Assembly: GCF_000015585.1 (NCBI RefSeq)
Contig: NC_008789.1
Location: forward strand, 1,470,001 to 1,502,000
Source of the DNA: Halorhodospira halophila SL1
GTDB lineage: Bacteria > Pseudomonadota > Gammaproteobacteria > Nitrococcales > Halorhodospiraceae
DNA: 32,000 nt
Direction: 5' to 3'
Positions 23,538 to 32,000 of this stretch are shown here, in pieces; position 1 is the stretch's first letter, and each line of letters opens with the position of its first letter. Below the pieces are notes generated by a model. The model was not told the origin of the DNA. It was given only the letters and a program-made list of their open reading frames with translations, and searched no databases. Position numbers and translations under genes: made by a program.

Positions 23538-24827
23538 ATGATCGGGGCCATGGCGCTGACCGGCATCAGTATCGTAGCCACTGTCTTGGCACTGCTCATC
23601 TGGGCGGTGGCCGCTTCCTACGAACGCCAGGCCGAGGGCCTCAACGCCCAGGTGGCGCGGGACGTTAAGTACTGGCAGCGCGGCGCCGCCATCTTCTTCA
23701 TCATCAGCCTGCTCCCTAGTCTGATCAGCCGTCCTGCCCCCGATCTACCCCGGGCAGTGTACGAAACCCTCAGCGGGCTGGCACCGGTCTTCCTGTTGTT
23801 CGGGCTGCTCTGCTTCGGCGCCGCACTGAGCAAGCTCATCCCCGCCTGGCGCCGGCACCGCGAGGCGCGCGAGCGGGAGCAGCGCCGCCGGCAGGTCGCC
23901 GCCCGCGGCGGGCCTTACCCGGAACTCTCCGCGGCGCTGGCCGACAGCATCCGTCAATGCCTGCCCGAACTCGAGGTGGCCACCGACCAGCACTCCCCAG
24001 AAGGTCATCACGCCAGCCTGGTGATCGAGTCGCCGATGGAGCAGCAGCGCTACGTCATCTACGCCCTGCCCCGGGAGCACCTGCACCTGGATGGCGGCCG
24101 CGGCGTGAACCCCAATGCGGTGCGACGAGCCTGCGAGACCGCAGCGGCCTTCTCGGGCCGCCCCATCCTCTGGGCCCCCATGCCCAGCCACGGCACCCCC
24201 CAGGGCTACGCGGCGGAGGGCAGCTCGGAACTGCGGCCCTACATCGTCGAGGGCAAGGACATCCACCTGGCCGAGACCGTGAAGAAGTTCGATCTCGCGG
24301 CCCGCTCGGAGCGCCGCCGGCGCGAGACCCGTGAGGCCGCCCGCGCTGCCAGCGAGGGGGACCCTCGGCACCACATCCCCATCCGCAGTGAGACCTCCTC
24401 GGACCGCGGTCGACGCCAGCACGATCGGGAGAGCTGGGAACGCTTCAACCTGCTCGCCCCGCGGCATCCGCACATCGTCGAGGAGGTCGAGCGGCGCACC
24501 CGGGAGCTGTGCGATCGCTGCCTGATGCAGATTCCCGAGGGCAACGGCGAGGTGGTGGTCACCGACCACGACCACATTTGCAAGAACGACGCCTCGGTGC
24601 GGATCGCCCTCAATGAGGGCAATGAGACCCTGACCCAGCACATGCCCGACTGCGGCCAGTGCCACTACGAGACCCCGGAACTCTACGAGGAGTGCCTAAG
24701 CCGACTGACCCTGGTCCATTCGGGCCGCTGCCCCGCGAACCCGGACGACCCCGAGGAGATCGAGCGCCAGCAGGAGTACGAGCAGCGGGCGCGCATGGAG
24801 GCCCTCGGCCGGTCATTCCGGGAGTGA
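23538..24827 (+). CDS. Hypothetical membrane-anchored protein with a C-terminal Cys/His-rich HNH-like zinc-finger signature
   Basis: The track ORF 23514..24827 starts at TTG; the ATG at 23538 is preferred but uncertain. There are three N-terminal hydrophobic helices followed by an Arg-rich stretch. The C-terminus reads CDRC-x14-DHDHIC-x..-NEGN-x..-CGQCH (24510-24665), plus two further Cys. Confidence 0.6.
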   Translation: MIGAMALTGISIVATVLALLIWAVAASYERQAEGLNAQVARDVKYWQRGAAIFFIISLLPSLISRPAPDLPRAVYETLSGLAPVFLLFGLLCFGAALSKLIPAWRRHREAREREQRRRQVAARGGPYPELSAALADSIRQCLPELEVATDQHSPEGHHASLVIESPMEQQRYVIYALPREHLHLDGGRGVNPNAVRRACETAAAFSGRPILWAPMPSHGTPQGYAAEGSSELRPYIVEGKDIHLAETVKKFDLAARSERRRRETREAARAASEGDPRHHIPIRSETSSDRGRRQHDRESWERFNLLAPRHPHIVEEVERRTRELCDRCLMQIPEGNGEVVVTDHDHICKNDASVRIALNEGNETLTQHMPDCGQCHYETPELYEECLSRLTLVHSGRCPANPDDPEEIERQQEYEQRARMEALGRSFRE

Positions 24828-26902
24828 ATCGGCCACCGCCTGGCGCAGCGCCGCGAGCGCCGGGCGCCGCCCCGGGACTCCCAGACGCTGCGCCGTATCC
24901 GCCCACGGGCGGTGCTGCAGGACCTTGCCGATGAAGGCCGCCTCGCAATGCGCCATGCGCCCGCGCGACCCGTGCGGATCCATCAGCACCACCTCGGCCA
25001 GGACCCACAACGCCGGCAGGGCTGCTGCGTAGCCGCGCAGGCTGTGGGCAAACCCGACCAGCTCCTGCCGCTGCCAATCGCTCAGCACCGGCGGCTCGGC
25101 ACCCTGCGCCGCACGCAGCACCGCCAGCACGACCTGCGGCTCCATACGCGCCAGGGGCTCCCCGAGGAGCGCGGGGGCTCCGGCACCCAACCGGAATCCG
25201 GCCTGGCGCACCCAGGCAACCCCCTGCTCATCCAGCCCCCGCGCCATCAACGCCGAGTGCTCGCCGCTGGCGGCGTCCCGCCGGGCTCCCACCGCCACGG
25301 CGTGCATTCCGCAGGCCCGCCAGAAGCCGATCAGCCCCGGGGTCGCCCCGAAGCTGGTCCCTACCAGGGCACAGCCGGCCCCGCGGGCCCGCTCGGTCAC
25401 CGCAGCCACCAGTGCGGCACCGATGCCGTGCCCCCGTCGCCGCGGATGCACGGCGATGCGCTGGATGCGCAAGGCACGGCCGGTGGGGGCCATTTCGATC
25501 CCGGCGTGGGTGGCCAGCGCCTGCGGCAACAAGTGGCCATGGGGGCGACGCCGCTCCGCCCACACTTCGTGGGCCGTTTCCGGGTCCAGCCCGCCCTCCT
25601 CAGCGGCCACCACCACCCCGACCACCGCACCCGCCTCCTCCGCCAGGAAGAGGTGGCGGCGCGGACCATCGAGGAGCTGATGGAGGTCGAAGGGGCGGGT
25701 GCGGTAGTGGGCGGCCACCAGCAACCCGAAGGCCTGACGCAGCCGGCGCTCCTCCTGCGCCAGCGCATCCTGCGTGACGGGGACGATCTCCGCCGCTGAG
25801 CCGCCGCCGTCCTCCAGGGTGGCCGGCTCCGCGTCCAGACAGAGGACCCGCCCCAACCACGCCTCCAGCGGGTCGTTGCGATCCCAACGGATCGGCGCCT
25901 CAAGACGGACCGCCTGCCAGCCGGGTGTCTCGGCATCGAGGATGGCCCGGAAGCGCAGATCGAAGCCGCGACCGCTGCCCTCGTAGCCGTGCACGGTGGT
26001 GGCGAACGCGATCCGCCCGGCGTGCTCGAGCAACTGGGCAAGGAGATCCACGGGCAGCCCCGCGGCCTCGTCCACCGCCAGCAGATCGCCGCTCTCCGGG
26101 CGTTCGCGCAGCGCCTCCGGTTCGCGATAGACCACCTCGGCACCGTGGCAGCGCAGCCGCCGACGCTCGACCCGCTCCCCGCCGCAACGCTCGGCCGCGT
26201 GGTCGAGCAGACCCTCGGCGGCGTGGATCGTCGGCGCTGTGACCACCACCCGCTGCACCCGCCGCTGACGCAGCAGTTCGCCCACGGCGATGCCCAGGGC
26301 CGCGGACTTGCCCCGGCCACGATCGGCGGTCAGCACCGCCGGGCGGCGGCGGTGGCCGGTCACTACGTGCATCACCGCCTCCACAGCGGTCTTTTGATCG
26401 GCACTGAGGCAGCCGTAGGCGTAGGCCCCGCCCGGCGCGGCCGGCGGCGTCGGCTCGAGTGCCGGCGGCGGCTGCTCCGGGGTCCAGAGGGTGACGCTCG
26501 GATCCTGCTCAAGCTCGGCCATCAGGCGCCGCAGAAAGCGCTGACCGGCCTCGTCCCGCCCATGTCCGGCCGGGATGAGCCGGCCGAGTAGCGGATCGGG
26601 GCGGGTCGGCCACTCGGCCCACGCCGGCGTCAGCAGGACCAGCAGGCCTCCACCGCGCAGCGAACCGGCCGCGGCGCCCAGGGCGTCGGCGTCGAGCCCG
26701 GCGTGGGCATCGTAGACCAGGATATCCACCGTGCGTCCGAGCACCCGGCGACCATCCCGCGCCGCCAGCCGGGTGACAGCCTCCGGCAGGCCCGCCGCCG
26801 GCGGTTCGCCGATCCAACAGATCCGGGCGTTATCGGGCAGCTGCCCGGCGGCCAGGTCGCGCCCCCACTGCGGCGGTCCAGCGAGCACCGCCGTGCGGCG
26901 GC

Positions 26903-26906
<4 letters not shown>
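24813..26906 (-). CDS. tmcA: tRNA(Met) cytidine acetyltransferase TmcA (DUF699 helicase-like ATPase + GNAT)
   Basis: A 697 aa ORF with Walker A (TADRGRGKSAALG) in the central ATPase domain. The C-terminal GNAT motif is RIAVHPRRRGHGIGAALV. The start is GTG. Confidence 0.85.
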
Positions 26907-30841
<3,935 letters not shown>

Positions 30842-30850
30842 GAGCGCTGA

Positions 30851-31387
30851 CTACTCCTCGTTGCTGGTGATGGCCCGGTACTTGCGCGGCGGCAGCTGCA
30901 CCACCTGGACGGACCAGCCATCTTCCTGACAGGTGAGGATGAGCATCGACGGCCCGTCTTTCACCCGCACACGGCCCGCCGCGCCCGGGTTGAGCACCCA
31001 GGGGTCGGCGGCGTCGTCGACGACCAGCTGGTGGCTGTGCCCGCAGGCGATGGCGCGCACCCGGGGGAACGCCGCACGCAGCCGCTCGTGACGCCGCGAG
31101 GCAGGCTCGTAGCCGTCCCCGTGGATAACCGCCAGCTCGCCCCCGGGCAGATCCAGCACCGAATGGGCCGGCAGCTGCTCCAGCATATGGGCCTCGTGGT
31201 CCGGCCACGTCTCCGGTCCGTCGACGTTGCCACGAACGGCGATCACCTCCTCCCGCGGCTGCATGGCGCAGAGCACGTCGGCCCCGCCCACATCGCCAGC
31301 GTGCACCGCCAGGTCACACTCGGCGATGTGGTCGGCGATGCGCGGGTCGAGGAAGCCGTGGGTATCGGCGATGATACCTACTCGCAT
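30851..31387 (-). CDS. YfcE/MJ0936-family metallophosphoesterase
   Basis: A 178 aa ORF with the calcineurin-like motifs IIADTHG, HAGD, GNVD and CGHSH. It lies 9 nt upstream of hrpA. Confidence 0.8.
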   Translation of the reverse strand: MRVGIIADTHGFLDPRIADHIAECDLAVHAGDVGGADVLCAMQPREEVIAVRGNVDGPETWPDHEAHMLEQLPAHSVLDLPGGELAVIHGDGYEPASRRHERLRAAFPRVRAIACGHSHQLVVDDAADPWVLNPGAAGRVRVKDGPSMLILTCQEDGWSVQVVQLPPRKYRAITSNEE

Positions 31388-31420
31388 GGAGACCCCTTCC
31401 CTGACGCAGGGCGGTCGCGA

Positions 31421-32000
31421 TCAGGCGCGTGCGAAGGCCTGGTCCAAGGCCTGGCGCAGGGCGCCGTAATCGTGGGTAACGGGGAACTGCGGGAACTGCT
31501 CGGCGATCTCCGCAGGCGGGCAGAAGAAGATGCCCTGGTCGGCTGCGCCGAGCATCCGCGTGTCGTTGTAGGAGTCGCCCGCAGCGGCCACACGGAAGTT
31601 GAGCCCGCGCAGCGACTCCACGGCCTGACGCTTGTGATCGGCCAGGCGGATGTGGAAGTCGGCAATCCGGCCCGTCTCGGTCACCTCGAGGCTGTGGCAG
31701 AACAGCGTCGGCCAGCCGAGCTGGGCCATCAGCGGCCGCGCGAACTCGTAGAAGGTATCGGAGAGGATGATGACCTGGTAATCGGCGCGCAGGCCATCGA
31801 GGAACTCCCGGGCGCCCGACAACGGCTCGAGCCGGGCGACCACGGACTGGATGTCGGCCAGCCCCAGGCCATGCCTGTCCATGTCCGCCAGGCGCATGGT
31901 CATCAGCTCGTTGTAGTCCGGCACGTCGCGCGTCGTGGCACGGAAGGCGTCGATACCGGTGATATCGGCGAGGTTGATCCAGATCTCCGGAACCAGCACG
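31421..32000 (-). CDS. thrH: Phosphoserine phosphatase / homoserine phosphotransferase ThrH (HAD family); 5' end off the right edge of the window
   Basis: The translation VLVPEIWINLADITGIDAFRATTRDVPDYNELM...ILSDTFYEF...AAGDSYNDTRML...FPQFP aligns closely with Pseudomonas aeruginosa ThrH as I recall it. About 10 N-terminal codons, including the DxD motif, are missing. Confidence 0.8.
   Translation of the reverse strand, partial: VLVPEIWINLADITGIDAFRATTRDVPDYNELMTMRLADMDRHGLGLADIQSVVARLEPLSGAREFLDGLRADYQVIILSDTFYEFARPLMAQLGWPTLFCHSLEVTETGRIADFHIRLADHKRQAVESLRGLNFRVAAAGDSYNDTRMLGAADQGIFFCPPAEIAEQFPQFPVTHDYGALRQALDQAFARA

Noticed and set aside
24651-24665. A CGQCH (CxxCH) motif in the orphan membrane protein, in a window full of cytochrome c genes. 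This raised the possibility of a novel c-type cytochrome.
   Set aside because: The positive-inside rule places this domain in the cytoplasm, away from the Ccm machinery. The motif is also embedded in a CxxC...DH...N...CxxCH Cys4 pattern that is better explained as a zinc finger.

Overview
This is a visibly GC-rich (not computed) gammaproteobacterial chromosome segment. It looks like an Ectothiorhodospiraceae-type organism: from memory, the HiPIP at 3172-3513 closely resembles Halorhodospira halophila HiPIP. The window is densely coded and mostly core. Left to right: a minus-strand ABC exporter-moaE-apbC cluster. A Tat-exported HiPIP gene with a clear intrinsic terminator. A complete System I cytochrome c maturation operon, ccmABCDEFGHI (3641-10548). 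A small Cys-less, thioredoxin-like, membrane-anchored gene. An nrfA-nrfH ammonifying nitrite reductase module. A tightly coupled minus-strand operon of two PaaI-type thioesterases plus oligopeptidase B. A FadL-family outer-membrane channel, then msrA and a two-receiver response regulator. A minus-strand run of orphan gene - BCCT transporter - TPMT-family methyltransferase - Cys-rich ArsP/SO_0444-like permease. An orphan membrane protein with an HNH-like zinc-finger signature. Finally a minus-strand thrH - yfcE-like - hrpA - tmcA cluster. I found no tRNA, rRNA, CRISPR array, IS element, integrase or prophage gene. The only accessory-looking part is about 22860-24827, where two divergent orphan genes sit; this is the best candidate for something undescribed. 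The other findings are unusual arrangements or sequence oddities in otherwise recognisable genes. All calls come from reading translated ORFs and motifs, and no database search was possible.
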